A DNA stretch of 64,000 bases from Polyangiales bacterium (lineage in GTDB: Bacteria > Myxococcota_A > Polyangia > Polyangiales > Ga0077539). Positions 38,458-47,837 of this stretch are shown here, in pieces. The notes beneath the pieces were generated by a model, which was not told where the DNA came from, ran no database searches, and saw only the letters and a program-made list of their open reading frames with translations. The DNA lies in the NCBI GenBank assembly GCA_044229975.1, contig JBGARZ010000013.1, positions 32,001-96,000 on the forward strand, written 5' to 3'. The translations under genes and the position numbers were made by a program. Every line of letters starts with the position of its first letter. Position 1 is the stretch's first letter.

Positions 38458-40419
38458 ATGCATCGAAACACACTGAAATTCGCCGCTGGTCTGTTGGTCC
38501 TCACCGCCGTCGGCTGCGGCGACGACCCCGCGACCGACGCTGGCACCGACGCGGCCGTCCTCGACGTCGGCGGGAGCGATGTCGTCGATGCCGGTCAGCC
38601 CGACGTCCAGCGTCTCGACGCGGGGCAGCCCGATGTCGGAACGCTCGACGCGGGTCAGCTCGACGCAGGGCAGCCCGATGTCGGAACGCCCGATGCGGGA
38701 CAGCCCGATGTCGGAACGCCCGACGCAGGGCAGCCCGACGTTCCTGCGCCGACGCCCGGCGACACCTGGGCGCTCACCTCCACGGGTCGCCTGATCTCCT
38801 TCGACCGCGCGACGGGCATGGTCCGCACCACCACAACCATCACGGGTCTCGGCGCCGGTGAGACCGCCGCGGGCCTCGACATCCGTCCCCGCAACGGCGC
38901 GCTCGTGCTGCTCACCCGCGACGCCTCCAACATGGGCCGCCTCTACGACGTGGCGCTCGCCACCGGCGCCGCGTCGTCGGTGCGCATGCTCAGCGCCGCG
39001 CTGACGGGCACGCGCTTCGGCGTCGACTTCAACCCAGCCGCCGACGCGCTGCGCATCGTGAGCGACATGGGACAGAACCTCCGCGTGAACCCCACGACCG
39101 GCGCGACCACCGTCGACGGCGTGCTCAACCCGGTGACCACCACGGTCGCGTCGGCCGCGTACACCAACAGCCAGGACGACACCTGCCGCACGCAGCTCTT
39201 CGTCATCGACACCGGCACCGATCGGCTGCGCCTGCAGAACCCACCCAACGCGGGCACCCTCACGGACGTCGGCACCGGCCTCGGCGTCGACGCCACCGGC
39301 GCCGTCGGCTTCGACATCGTCACCACGCTCAACGCGAGCTCGCAGCTCGTCAACGCCGGCCTCGCGACGCTCACCGTCGGCGGCGCGACGCGCATCTACG
39401 ACGTCGACCTCACGACCGGCGTGGCGAGCGGCCCGCGCGCGTTCACGGGCCTCGCCTCGGGCGAAGACGTGATCGACATCGCGGCGCCCACGCCGGCCGC
39501 CACGGCGACGCCGGTTCAGGACCCGGGCGAGTACTGGGGCCTCACGGAGGGCGGTCAGCTCGTGAGCTTCAACCGCGCCGCGCCCCGTAACTTCTGCACG
39601 ACCTCGGCGATCACCGGCCTCGTGGCGGGTGAGACCATCGTCGGCATCGACACCCGCGCGGCGACCATCGTGGGACAGGCGAAGCTCTACGGCATCGGCC
39701 GTCGCGACGCGACCGTCGCGGGCGCGCGTCTGCTCGCCTTCGACGTGACCAACCCCCGCGCCGTGACCGTGACCGGCTCGGCGCTCCTCTCGCCGGCGAC
39801 GGGCACCGCCTTCGCGGGCCTCACCGGGACGAGCTTCGCGGTGGACTTCAACCCCGCCGCCGACCTCCTGCGCGTGATCGGCAGCGACGGGCAGAACCTC
39901 CGCATCGTGCCGCCGGGCCGAGTCCTCGCGACGCCCGCGATCCTCGATCCGGCGTACACCACCTTCACCGATGGGCCCCTCAATGATGGCGCCACCACCC
40001 CGGCGGCCGTCGCGGGCGTGACCGAAGCCGCGTACTTCAACAACGACGAGGACGCGCTCACGACGACCACGCTCTACGCCCTCGACACCACGCTCGATCG
40101 GCTCCTGCTCATCGGCGCCAACCCGAGCGTGTCGGGCGCGTGCCCCACGACGCCCGGCAACCCCAACTGCGGCGTGGTCACGGCCGTTGGCTCGTTCGGG
40201 CTCGCGTCCACCGACGTGGTCGCCTCGGGCGGCTTCGAGATCTCCACCGCGGGCAACCTCGCCGTCGCGGCGCTTCGCATCGAGGCCGCCGCGACCTCGA
40301 CCCTCTACGACATCAACCTGATGACCGGGGCGGCGACCGTTCCTGCGGGCATCGGCACCAACGACCCGGTGGGCACGACCAACCGCATCGTCGGTCTCAC
40401 CCGCCGCGTCGTTCCGTAG
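38458..40419 (+). CDS. Lipoprotein with two DUF4394-like domains
   Basis: Lipobox AVGC, and two copies of the GxDxR...DFNPAADxLR...GQNLR...AAYxN module. Confidence 0.85.
   Translation: MHRNTLKFAAGLLVLTAVGCGDDPATDAGTDAAVLDVGGSDVVDAGQPDVQRLDAGQPDVGTLDAGQLDAGQPDVGTPDAGQPDVGTPDAGQPDVPAPTPGDTWALTSTGRLISFDRATGMVRTTTTITGLGAGETAAGLDIRPRNGALVLLTRDASNMGRLYDVALATGAASSVRMLSAALTGTRFGVDFNPAADALRIVSDMGQNLRVNPTTGATTVDGVLNPVTTTVASAAYTNSQDDTCRTQLFVIDTGTDRLRLQNPPNAGTLTDVGTGLGVDATGAVGFDIVTTLNASSQLVNAGLATLTVGGATRIYDVDLTTGVASGPRAFTGLASGEDVIDIAAPTPAATATPVQDPGEYWGLTEGGQLVSFNRAAPRNFCTTSAITGLVAGETIVGIDTRAATIVGQAKLYGIGRRDATVAGARLLAFDVTNPRAVTVTGSALLSPATGTAFAGLTGTSFAVDFNPAADLLRVIGSDGQNLRIVPPGRVLATPAILDPAYTTFTDGPLNDGATTPAAVAGVTEAAYFNNDEDALTTTTLYALDTTLDRLLLIGANPSVSGACPTTPGNPNCGVVTAVGSFGLASTDVVASGGFEISTAGNLAVAALRIEAAATSTLYDINLMTGAATVPAGIGTNDPVGTTNRIVGLTRRVVP
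38587..38742 (+). repeat. Coding tandem repeat (about 30 bp; DAGQPDVGTP)
   Basis: GACGCxGGGCAGCCCGATGTCGGAACGCCC-like unit repeated about 5 times. Confidence 0.85.
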
Positions 40420-40435
40420 GCCCTCTACCCTTGAC

Positions 40436-40467
40436 CCCCCGCGAGAGCTCAGCGCCTCTCGCGGGGG
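40436..40467. terminator. Hairpin between convergent genes
   Basis: CCCCCGCGAGAG, 8-nt loop, CTCTCGCGGGGG (12-bp perfect stem). No U tract. Confidence 0.55.
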
Positions 40468-40489
40468 AGTCGGCGCTGCCCTGCCAGAT

Positions 40490-40978
40490 TCAGCCGCGAC
40501 GCGCCTGCTCGATGGCGGCGACGTCGATCTTCGTCATCCCCATCATCGCCTGAAAGACACGCTTCGCGACGGCGGGATCCTTGTCGGCCATCCCTTCGGT
40601 CAACGCGGCGGGCGTGATCTGCCAGGAGATACCCCAGCGGTCCTTGCACCAGCCGCACTGGCTCTCCTGCCCCCCGTTGCCGACGATCGCGTCCCAGTAA
40701 CGATCGGTCTCGGCCTGGTCGGCCGTGCTGACCTGGAAGGAAAACGCCTCGCTGTGCTTGAACTGCGGGCCACCGTTGAGGCCGATGCAGGGAATGCCGA
40801 GCACCGTGAACTGCACCACCAGGGCGTCGCCCTGCTTGCCATCGGGGTAATCCCCCGGCGCGCGCTGCGTCCAGCCGACATGGCTGTCAGGAAAGGTCTT
40901 GGCATAGAACTGCGCGGCCGCCTCGGCGTCGCGCTCGTACCACAGACAGAGGGTGACCTTGGGTGCGGTGGTTGCCAT
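40490..40978 (-). CDS. VOC family protein (PhnB / 3-demethylubiquinone methyltransferase-like)
   Basis: LNGGPQF, EAFSFQV and CGWCKDRWGISWQI. Confidence 0.9.
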   Translation of the reverse strand: MATTAPKVTLCLWYERDAEAAAQFYAKTFPDSHVGWTQRAPGDYPDGKQGDALVVQFTVLGIPCIGLNGGPQFKHSEAFSFQVSTADQAETDRYWDAIVGNGGQESQCGWCKDRWGISWQITPAALTEGMADKDPAVAKRVFQAMMGMTKIDVAAIEQARRG

Positions 40979-41011
40979 GTTCGTTGTCTTCTTTCTTTGT
41001 TGAGTGGGGAG

Positions 41012-41812
41012 TCAGTTGTCTTGAGGGCCGACGACGCCAAACGCCGCGCCTTGGGGGTCGATGGCCGTGACGATCCAGTCGCCGCCCGGCACCTGGTGCG
41101 GGCCCATGGTGACTTTGCCTCCGCCCGCCTCAATGGCGCGTTTTGCCTTCTCGACCGACGGAACGCCGAAGTACAGCACCCACGCCGCGGGTTCGCTGGC
41201 CTGCTGCTGCGACATGATCGCGCCGAGCCGGACGCCACCATGGTCGATGAAGCAGTAGTCGCCCATCGCGCCCATGGGCATGACCTCATTGAACTCGAAG
41301 CCGAAGTGCTTGGCGTAGAACGCCTTTGCACGCGATAGATCCGGGCTGGCGAGCTCGTTCCAGCGAACGTGCTGGGCGGCTGTGGGATGGAAGACATCGC
41401 TGACGGCATCGGGCTTGTCCGCTGGCGGCACCGGGTTCATCACATAGAACGGCGTGCCCATCGGGTCGGTCACCATCGCGATCTGCCCGACCGGCAGCTC
41501 CTTCTTCGGCATGACGGTCTTGCCACCATCAGCCTCGATGGCCTTCGTCGCGGCGTCGACGTCCTTCACGTGCAGATAGCCGAGCCACGCCGGGTGCGCG
41601 CCGCCGGCCTGCATTCCGGCCGTGAGCTGCAACACGCCTCCCAGGTGGCCGCCGTCGCTGCGGCCGATCATCCGGTAGTCCTGCCCGTCAGGCGGTGGTT
41701 GCGCGGCGATGGTCCATCCCACGACGTCACCGTAGAACCTCGCGGCGGCGTTGGCGTCCGTGGTCATCAGCTCGTACCAGATGAAGCTTCCCGGTTTATG
41801 GGCCATGGTCAT
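41012..41812 (-). CDS. Two-domain VOC/glyoxalase family protein
   Basis: FIWYELMTTD...DPMG and WNELASPD...DPQGAAFG. Confidence 0.9.
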   Translation of the reverse strand: MTMAHKPGSFIWYELMTTDANAAARFYGDVVGWTIAAQPPPDGQDYRMIGRSDGGHLGGVLQLTAGMQAGGAHPAWLGYLHVKDVDAATKAIEADGGKTVMPKKELPVGQIAMVTDPMGTPFYVMNPVPPADKPDAVSDVFHPTAAQHVRWNELASPDLSRAKAFYAKHFGFEFNEVMPMGAMGDYCFIDHGGVRLGAIMSQQQASEPAAWVLYFGVPSVEKAKRAIEAGGGKVTMGPHQVPGGDWIVTAIDPQGAAFGVVGPQDN

Positions 41813-41822
41813 TCTCTCCGTG

Positions 41823-42461
41823 TCAGACAGACGTCTTTGGGTGGAACAAGAGTGCGAGGTAGTTCTTGAGATGGGCGAGCGCGTCGAGCAGCGGCGTGCG
41901 GTCGCCTTGTGCCTTGGAGAGCACGAAGCCGCCCTGCACCACCGTCTGCGTGTAGAGCGCGAGGCTCTCCGCCGTCACCGGCACGCGCGTCCCGTGTTGT
42001 TCGATGGCCGCGCGGAAGTCGTCGACGAGGCGCTCGGCGTGGGCGTTGATGGTCGCGCCGCACGCGGCACGGATGGGATCGGACGTCGCGAAGGTCTCCT
42101 GCACGGTCGTCCCGACAAAGCAGGTAAACGCCTCCAGGGGCCCATCGGCGATGGCCGCCCGGAAGTCGAGATAGCCGTTGATGCGGTCGAGCGCGTCGGC
42201 GTGATCGTGGTAGCCCGCGTTGGCGAACAGCGGTGACGTGACGGTATTCCAATACTCAGCCGCCGCGACGCCGAGCTCTTCCTTCGACGCGAAGTGATGA
42301 AAGAAGGCCCCTTTGGTCACGCCGACCGCCTTGCAGAGCTGGTCGATGCTCGTCGCGGCCCACCCCTGCTTGCGAACCAGCGACAGCGTGGCGTCGAGCA
42401 GCGCCGTGCGGGCGTCACCACGCAGCGGCGGCTTGGGCTTTTTCGTCGCGGCCTTCGCCAT
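41823..42461 (-). CDS. TetR/AcrR family regulator (NemR/LmrA-like)
   Basis: GWAATSIDQLCKAVGVTKGAFFHHFASKE helix-turn-helix. Confidence 0.92.
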   Translation of the reverse strand: MAKAATKKPKPPLRGDARTALLDATLSLVRKQGWAATSIDQLCKAVGVTKGAFFHHFASKEELGVAAAEYWNTVTSPLFANAGYHDHADALDRINGYLDFRAAIADGPLEAFTCFVGTTVQETFATSDPIRAACGATINAHAERLVDDFRAAIEQHGTRVPVTAESLALYTQTVVQGGFVLSKAQGDRTPLLDALAHLKNYLALLFHPKTSV

Positions 42462-42471
42462 GGACGGAGCA

Positions 42472-42497
42472 CATACCAACCGGTCGGTATGCGTCAA
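42472..42497 (-). promoter_or_regulatory. TetR operator palindrome overlapping a sigma70-like promoter
   Basis: CATACCAACCGGTCGGTATG (20 bp, one mismatched pair) lies immediately after a minus-strand TTGACG -35 hexamer. Confidence 0.7.
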
Positions 42498-42542
42498 GTC
42501 TTCGGTGGAATTTGCCGAAGCGGCCCGCTGTTTCTGCGGTTG

Positions 42543-43667
42543 TTACGGCGGGGCGGGCGCCGGGCAGCCGAAGGCCGCGACGAGCCGGGAGCCGCCGGTC
42601 GCGTCGGTGACCCGGTTGCACGTCTGTCCGTAGAAGCGGATTTCGCGGTGCGTGTCGTCGGTCCAGTCCCAGCCGTCGCGATGGCTCGGGTCGAGAACGA
42701 GGCTCGCGCCGTCGAGGCGCAGGTCGACGAGCGTCGGGTCGGTCGGCGCGGCGTCGAGGGCGAAGCGGCAATCGGCGATGCCCGAGGTGATGGTGCTGAG
42801 CTCGCGCACGAGGTCGTCGCCCGTGTTGGCGGCGTAGAACCGCGGTGACGTCGCGCGCGCCCGGCCTCCCTCGTCGGCCATCGCGTCGAGGATGGCGGTG
42901 TAGGCCTCGGCGCCGTTGAGCCCGAGCACATACGTGAAGATCCCCTGCTGACGAAACGTGCGGATCGTCGCGATGGTGCGGGTGTCGTCGAGACAGTTGA
43001 TGGCGGCGGAGGGGTTTCTCCGCGGGTCGCACGTGACCGACCCCGAGGTGCAGCGACACGTTGCCGGGTCGAGCGCGGTGTTGCAGTTGGGGGCGCCGTC
43101 GGTCGCCAGGATGATGTACCGCTCGCCCTCGCGATCGGGGTTGTTGACGAACCATCGCCCCGCCACCTCCTCGGCGCCCGCCGTGGGCGTCGGCCCCGAG
43201 GGCTGCGTGGCGAACAGGCGACCCATGATGGCCCGCGCGGCGCCGAGGCGCGGCTCCAGGTCGAGGGTGGTGCGGAGCGCGCAGGTCCCCGCCGCGTTGG
43301 ACTGCGGGAAGGTGACGAGTCCGAGGGAGACGTTCTGCTCGATGCGGGGCAGCGCGCGCTCCAACGCGGTGAGCAGGGCGCCCTACTTGCGAACGCCGTC
43401 GAGGGTGTTGTCGTTCATGCTGCCGGAGCGGTCGACGACCAGGATGGCGCTCGCCCGGCGACGCGTGAGCGACATCGCCGTGCCCCCGCACGTGGGCATC
43501 TCGCGCAGCGGAATCGCGTCGCGGACGCTCGTCACGAAGCGCTCATCGATGCCGCTGTCGAAGCCGAAGTCGCCCAGGGTCGGCGGTCGCGACTCGCCCG
43601 AACAGGCGAGCGCGGCCGCGGCGAGCACAGCGACGAGGTCAGCGCGACGCGGTCGAGTGCACACCAT
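42543..43667 (-). pseudogene. VWA-domain lipoprotein interrupted by an in-frame TAG
   Basis: Lipobox ALAC and DRSGSM MIDAS, then GVRK*GALLTALERAL continues in frame to LATDGAPNC. Stop at 43383-43385. Confidence 0.8.
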
Positions 43668-43757
43668 CGGTCGACGATACCCCAAGGCGGGTCAGCGCAT
43701 GGTGATGAGGCCGTTGCCGACAGCACCTTCCGCGCGCTCGTGCGTCGGAGGGGACCG

Positions 43758-44198
43758 ATGCCTACCTCACTGCTGCCTTGCTCTGGTTGTCGCCGTCACG
43801 TCTGGTCGACGGAGGCAGCGTGTCCGTTCTGCCGGTGCGCGCTCGGAGACCGGTCGAACGTGCCCGTTGTGCCCGAACCCCCGCGGCGCATGGGCCGGGC
43901 GGAGCTGTTCGCCTTCACGGCGGCGTTCTTGAGCGCGTGTCAGACGGGGACGGCGCCGCAGGACGCGCCTGATCCAGCGGACGTCGGCGTCGTCCGAGCG
44001 ACCGACGCAGGAACAACCGCAGACATCGCGACGCCACCGGTCGACGCGGGCACGGCCGACGTCACGGACGCGGCGGTGTTGCCGTGCGACGTCGTGGCGC
44101 CCGACGCGAGTCGACCGCGCCGGGTGCGGCACCACCCTCGCCCGCGGTTGCCCCCGATGCTCCCGCAGCCCTGCTACGGCATGCCCTTCGACGATTGA
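43758..44198 (+). CDS. Small myxobacterial-type protein with CxxC-H-CPFC zinc ribbon and C-terminal YGxP
   Basis: GGAGG RBS; CSGCRRHV...CPFC; FLSAC; DAG-rich linker; PCYGMP. Confidence 0.65.
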   Translation: MPTSLLPCSGCRRHVWSTEAACPFCRCALGDRSNVPVVPEPPRRMGRAELFAFTAAFLSACQTGTAPQDAPDPADVGVVRATDAGTTADIATPPVDAGTADVTDAAVLPCDVVAPDASRPRRVRHHPRPRLPPMLPQPCYGMPFDD

Positions 44199-44396
44199 TC
44201 GTCGGGCGGGGACGACGTTGGACGCCGGCATCGCAGCCGCGGCAGGGCCATGAGGTCGCCGCCGTGGCGACACGGCTTGCGGCTCGGCGTGTGGTGCATC
44301 GTCGCGGGCAACGCGACGACCTGAACGTCCATCAACTCAGGCTGAGTCCTCACTGGGCGCGCGCGGCGAAGCGACGACGCCGGGCGACCATGGGGA

Positions 44397-44620
44397 ATGA
44401 CTCTTTCGTCGGTCCCGGCCTCGTCCCGGGTGCTCGTGGCGGGTGCACGTGTCTGCGGTCTCGGAACAGCGTGGCGGCTCGCGCAGGCGGGCACATCTGC
44501 GTCGGAGACGATGGCCCTCGCGCGCCGACGCCTCGACGCCGAGCTGGTTCTCTTCCGCGCGGACGATGCGGTGAGCGAGCGCTCGGACTTCGGGGCGGGC
44601 ATCTACCGTCGCGTCGGTCA
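44397..44620 (+). pseudogene. Possible remnant of an FAD-dependent oxidoreductase
   Basis: RVLVAGARVCGLGTAWRLAQAG resembles a degenerate GxGxxG FAD motif. No full domain follows. Confidence 0.3.
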
Positions 44621-44649
44621 TCGAGGCGCACCTCGACGCCGGCGCGGGT

Positions 44650-45429
44650 TCAGCGCGGGAGGCCGACCACGCTCGTCAGGTACATCGGGCGCCACGGGAT
44701 GCGCGTGCGCTCCACGCGGAAGCGGTAGTCGTCGCGCTGGAGGGGGGCGACTAGCACCTCCAGCTCGGCGACGGAGTAGGCGCGCAGGCACGACGCGAAG
44801 CCGTCCCAGGTGATGGCCGCGGGGAGCACGGGCACCGCGTAGGTGAGCGCGAGCGCGGCGGCGCGGGCAGGTCGCACGAAGGCGGAGAGGGCATAGACGG
44901 TGAGGGGAAGACCCGCGACGATGACGGCGCCCTGCGCGCTGCGCTCGACGACCTCGAAGGTCACGATGGGCTGGCGCTGCTGGGCGGCGTCGGCGAACAC
45001 CGCGCGAGCGACCGCGGGCGGCAGGTGGTGCAGGGCGTTGAAGAGGGTGCGAACACCGGTAAGGTCGGCGGGCACCGCGGAGGCGTCGGTGGGGGTGCGG
45101 CGACCGCGGGCGCGACCGGGGAGGTCGGACTCGGCGCGCGCGAAAGCATCGGCGTTGGGGTAGAGGTCGGTGAGCACGGCGGAGACGTCGCGGCCGTGGT
45201 GGTCACGCAGGCGGCGCACGAGGGAGACGACGGGGCCGCCGCCGCCGGAGCAGAGGTCGACGAGGCGGTCGGTGCCCGCGGCGTCCATCGCTTCGACGAC
45301 GAGCGGCGCCGCGGCGGCGGAGACGTTGAGGGCCTCCGAGGCGACGCGAAGAAAGCCGGTCATGGCGTCCCGCAACGGGACCGGAAACCAGGGGTAGTCC
45401 TCGAGTTCGGCGGCGGCGATGCGGGGCAT
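44650..45429 (-). CDS. Class I SAM-dependent methyltransferase-like protein
   Basis: ELEDYPWFP, VDLCSGGGGP, LTDLYPN, FNALHH and WDGFASCLRAYS. Confidence 0.8.
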   Translation of the reverse strand: MPRIAAAELEDYPWFPVPLRDAMTGFLRVASEALNVSAAAAPLVVEAMDAAGTDRLVDLCSGGGGPVVSLVRRLRDHHGRDVSAVLTDLYPNADAFARAESDLPGRARGRRTPTDASAVPADLTGVRTLFNALHHLPPAVARAVFADAAQQRQPIVTFEVVERSAQGAVIVAGLPLTVYALSAFVRPARAAALALTYAVPVLPAAITWDGFASCLRAYSVAELEVLVAPLQRDDYRFRVERTRIPWRPMYLTSVVGLPR

Positions 45430-45554
45430 TGGGGTGGTGGGAGGGTATCGCCGTCGGGACGATCGCGAGGAGTGGTTCGCATCGTTCCAAGCCACCGACC
45501 GGGTAGCGCGTTGGAGTACCGCGTCTGTTCAAGATGGTCTGTACACTCGTGATC

Positions 45555-45959
45555 ATGGCCCGACGCTCCTCCTCTCTCCCATTGAGCGAACTCCGCGGCC
45601 GCTTGAGTGGATTGGTGCGGAACACCGACCGCCTCGGCGAGGTCGCCCTCACGGCGCGCGAAGAAGTGCATACCTGCCGTGTGTCGCCCGAGCGAATCGC
45701 ACGCATGGAGACACCCGCTGCGAACCGACCGCGACCCGTCAAAGGTACCCTCCAACTCAGGAGTGACCTCGACGAGGGAAGTCGCGACGCCACGACGGCC
45801 TGGAAGGCATCGGCTGGAACTCTGTCGCGATTGGAAAAGCGCACGTGCTTGCGGGGCAACCCGGAGTCGATCGTGCATTGCGACTGGTCGGCAGAATGGA
45901 AGCCCGCTCTTTGCTCTACCTCGCCCGTTGAGGGCCCGCGTCGGCGAAAGCGTCGCTGA
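45555..45959 (+). CDS. Possible Phd/YefM-like antitoxin (degenerate or orphan)
   Basis: SLPLSELRGRLSGLVR...EVALT and RPVKGTLQLRSDLDE. A TGTACA palindrome lies at 45540-45545. Codon usage is atypical. Confidence 0.35.
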   Translation: MARRSSSLPLSELRGRLSGLVRNTDRLGEVALTAREEVHTCRVSPERIARMETPAANRPRPVKGTLQLRSDLDEGSRDATTAWKASAGTLSRLEKRTCLRGNPESIVHCDWSAEWKPALCSTSPVEGPRRRKRR

Positions 45960-45977
45960 CTCGTGTACCCTCGCGTC

Positions 45978-46493
45978 GTGCGTCACACGCTTCGCGCCGC
46001 CCTCCTCGCGCTGATGTTCGCCGCTGGACCGGCCTGCGTCCCGCAGGGCACCGGCATCCGCGTCTACGAAGACCCCTTCGCCGGACGGACGCGAGCGTTC
46101 GTGGTTCATCTCGACGGCGGGCACCTCACCTCCGTGGGCGCCACGCACACGCGCTCGACCACGAAGCTGGAGGTCACCCTCTCCGACCCGAGCGTGGTGC
46201 GGCGGTCGGTCCCCGCGGAGACGGCGGTGGCGTTTCGACTGGGAGAGCAGACCCTCTCGCTGACGACCGAGGCCGAGGCAGTGCCCGTGATCGGCGCGAG
46301 CCGGGACAACGGCACCATCACGCAGTGGCATCTCGCTCTGTCGCTGACCCCTGAGCAGGCGGCGCGCTTCGGGGCCGCGCCGTTGCGTTCGTTCAGCCTG
46401 GAGATCGGTGGCTTTCCGCATCAGGTGACGGTGCCCGAGAGCCACGCGCAGACCCTGCAACAGAACATGCGGGCCGTGCTCGCCAGCGACTGA
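45978..46493 (+). CDS. Hypothetical lipoprotein
   Basis: Hydrophobic N-terminus ending GPAC and typical codon usage. Confidence 0.6.
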   Translation: MRHTLRAALLALMFAAGPACVPQGTGIRVYEDPFAGRTRAFVVHLDGGHLTSVGATHTRSTTKLEVTLSDPSVVRRSVPAETAVAFRLGEQTLSLTTEAEAVPVIGASRDNGTITQWHLALSLTPEQAARFGAAPLRSFSLEIGGFPHQVTVPESHAQTLQQNMRAVLASD

Positions 46494-46589
46494 GCGGCAC
46501 CGCGATCCACCGTGGCGCCCGCGCGTCGGTCGGCGCGTCGACGCCTCGCGCCATGGGCCCGCGCGGCCTCCATGGCGCGCCCGTCACAG

Positions 46590-46606
46590 CTGGCATCTGC
46601 CTTGCG
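46590..46606 (+). promoter_or_regulatory. Putative sigma54 (-24/-12) promoter
   Basis: CTGGCATCTGCCTTGCG: GG-N10-GC spacing with TGGCA and TTGC. Confidence 0.6.
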
Positions 46607-46717
46607 CTGGCGCCTCACGATGCCTTCGTTGGAGAGACAGGCGATGACCCAGCCACCCCGAGACGGCCTCCGACCTCCGACCTCCGCGCCTGACCTTCCG
46701 CGCCGATGGGAGGCGTC

Positions 46718-47818
46718 GTGAGCACCTCCATCCGCTGGCTCGAAGGCCCCTCCATCGACGTCCCGTTCTACATGGGCGCGGCCCTCGCGGGCTGGGCGAT
46801 GCTGCTGCTCCACGTCGTCGTCGGCGTGCCCGCGTTTCACCTCTACTGGTTCTGGATCCTCTTCCTCGATGGTCCACACCTCTGGGCCACCATCTCGCGC
46901 ACCTACCTCGATCGCGAAGAGCGTCGCACCCGCGGCCCGCTCTTCATCGGCGCCTTCGCGTGGGCGCTGCTCCCCATCGCCACGCTCGCCTGGGGTCACG
47001 TCACCGGCAACCGCGTGCCCTTCGCGCTCTTCCTCGTCTTCGCGCAGCTCTGGGCGTACTGGCACGTCGTCCGGCAGCACTACGGCTTCCTCTCGCTCTA
47101 CCAGCGCAAGGGCGGTCAACCCGCCGGCGCGCAGAACCCCTTCGACGCCGCCGTCTTCTACGTCGTGATGCTCGCGCCCTTCGCGTCGTGGGCGCTGCGG
47201 CACCCGACCGCGCGCACCAGCCTCGGCCTCGGTCCCGCCCTCGGCACCGTCGAGCGCGGGCTCGTGTGGTCGCTCGGCGCCCTCATCGCCGCGGCCGTCG
47301 TCGCCTACGTCGTGAAGGAGCTGCGCCGCCGCAAGACCATCAACTTCGGCAAGAACCTCTTCCTCGCCTCCTGCGTCCCGCTGCACCTCGCCGTGCTGCT
47401 GCACCCCACGTGGTCGCTCCGCATCGAGCTCGTCGCCCTCGCCGTGATCGTGACCAGCTTCCACAACATCCAGTACAACGCGATCGTGTGGTGCTTCGGA
47501 CGACGCCGCTACGGACGCGACCCGCAGGGCGAGACCTACGGCCTGGCCGCGCGCCTCTTCCGCAACCCCATCGCGTGGTACGCGATCGGCGCCGCGCTCG
47601 CCGTCGTGATGCGATACGCGAGCTGGTCCTTCGACGGCCGCTACTGGCCGCTCACGCCGCACACCCACGCTCGCACCGGGGTCTTCTCGGCCGCCGAGTA
47701 CATCAACGCCCTGTGGTGGGTCGTCGCGATGCACCACTACTATCTCGACCAGAAGATCTGGCGCGTCAGCCGTGACGCCGGGGTGCGCTCCGGGCTCGGC
47801 CTCGCGCCCGCGCCATGA
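46718..47818 (+). CDS. Polytopic membrane protein with multiple conserved-looking His motifs (unknown function)
   Basis: About 9-10 TM segments; DGPHLWAT, WHVVRQHYG, FHNIQY and HHYYLDQKIW. GGGAGG RBS before GTG. Confidence 0.8.
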   Translation: MSTSIRWLEGPSIDVPFYMGAALAGWAMLLLHVVVGVPAFHLYWFWILFLDGPHLWATISRTYLDREERRTRGPLFIGAFAWALLPIATLAWGHVTGNRVPFALFLVFAQLWAYWHVVRQHYGFLSLYQRKGGQPAGAQNPFDAAVFYVVMLAPFASWALRHPTARTSLGLGPALGTVERGLVWSLGALIAAAVVAYVVKELRRRKTINFGKNLFLASCVPLHLAVLLHPTWSLRIELVALAVIVTSFHNIQYNAIVWCFGRRRYGRDPQGETYGLAARLFRNPIAWYAIGAALAVVMRYASWSFDGRYWPLTPHTHARTGVFSAAEYINALWWVVAMHHYYLDQKIWRVSRDAGVRSGLGLAPAP

Positions 47819-47837
47819 AGACCCCGATGGAGACCCC

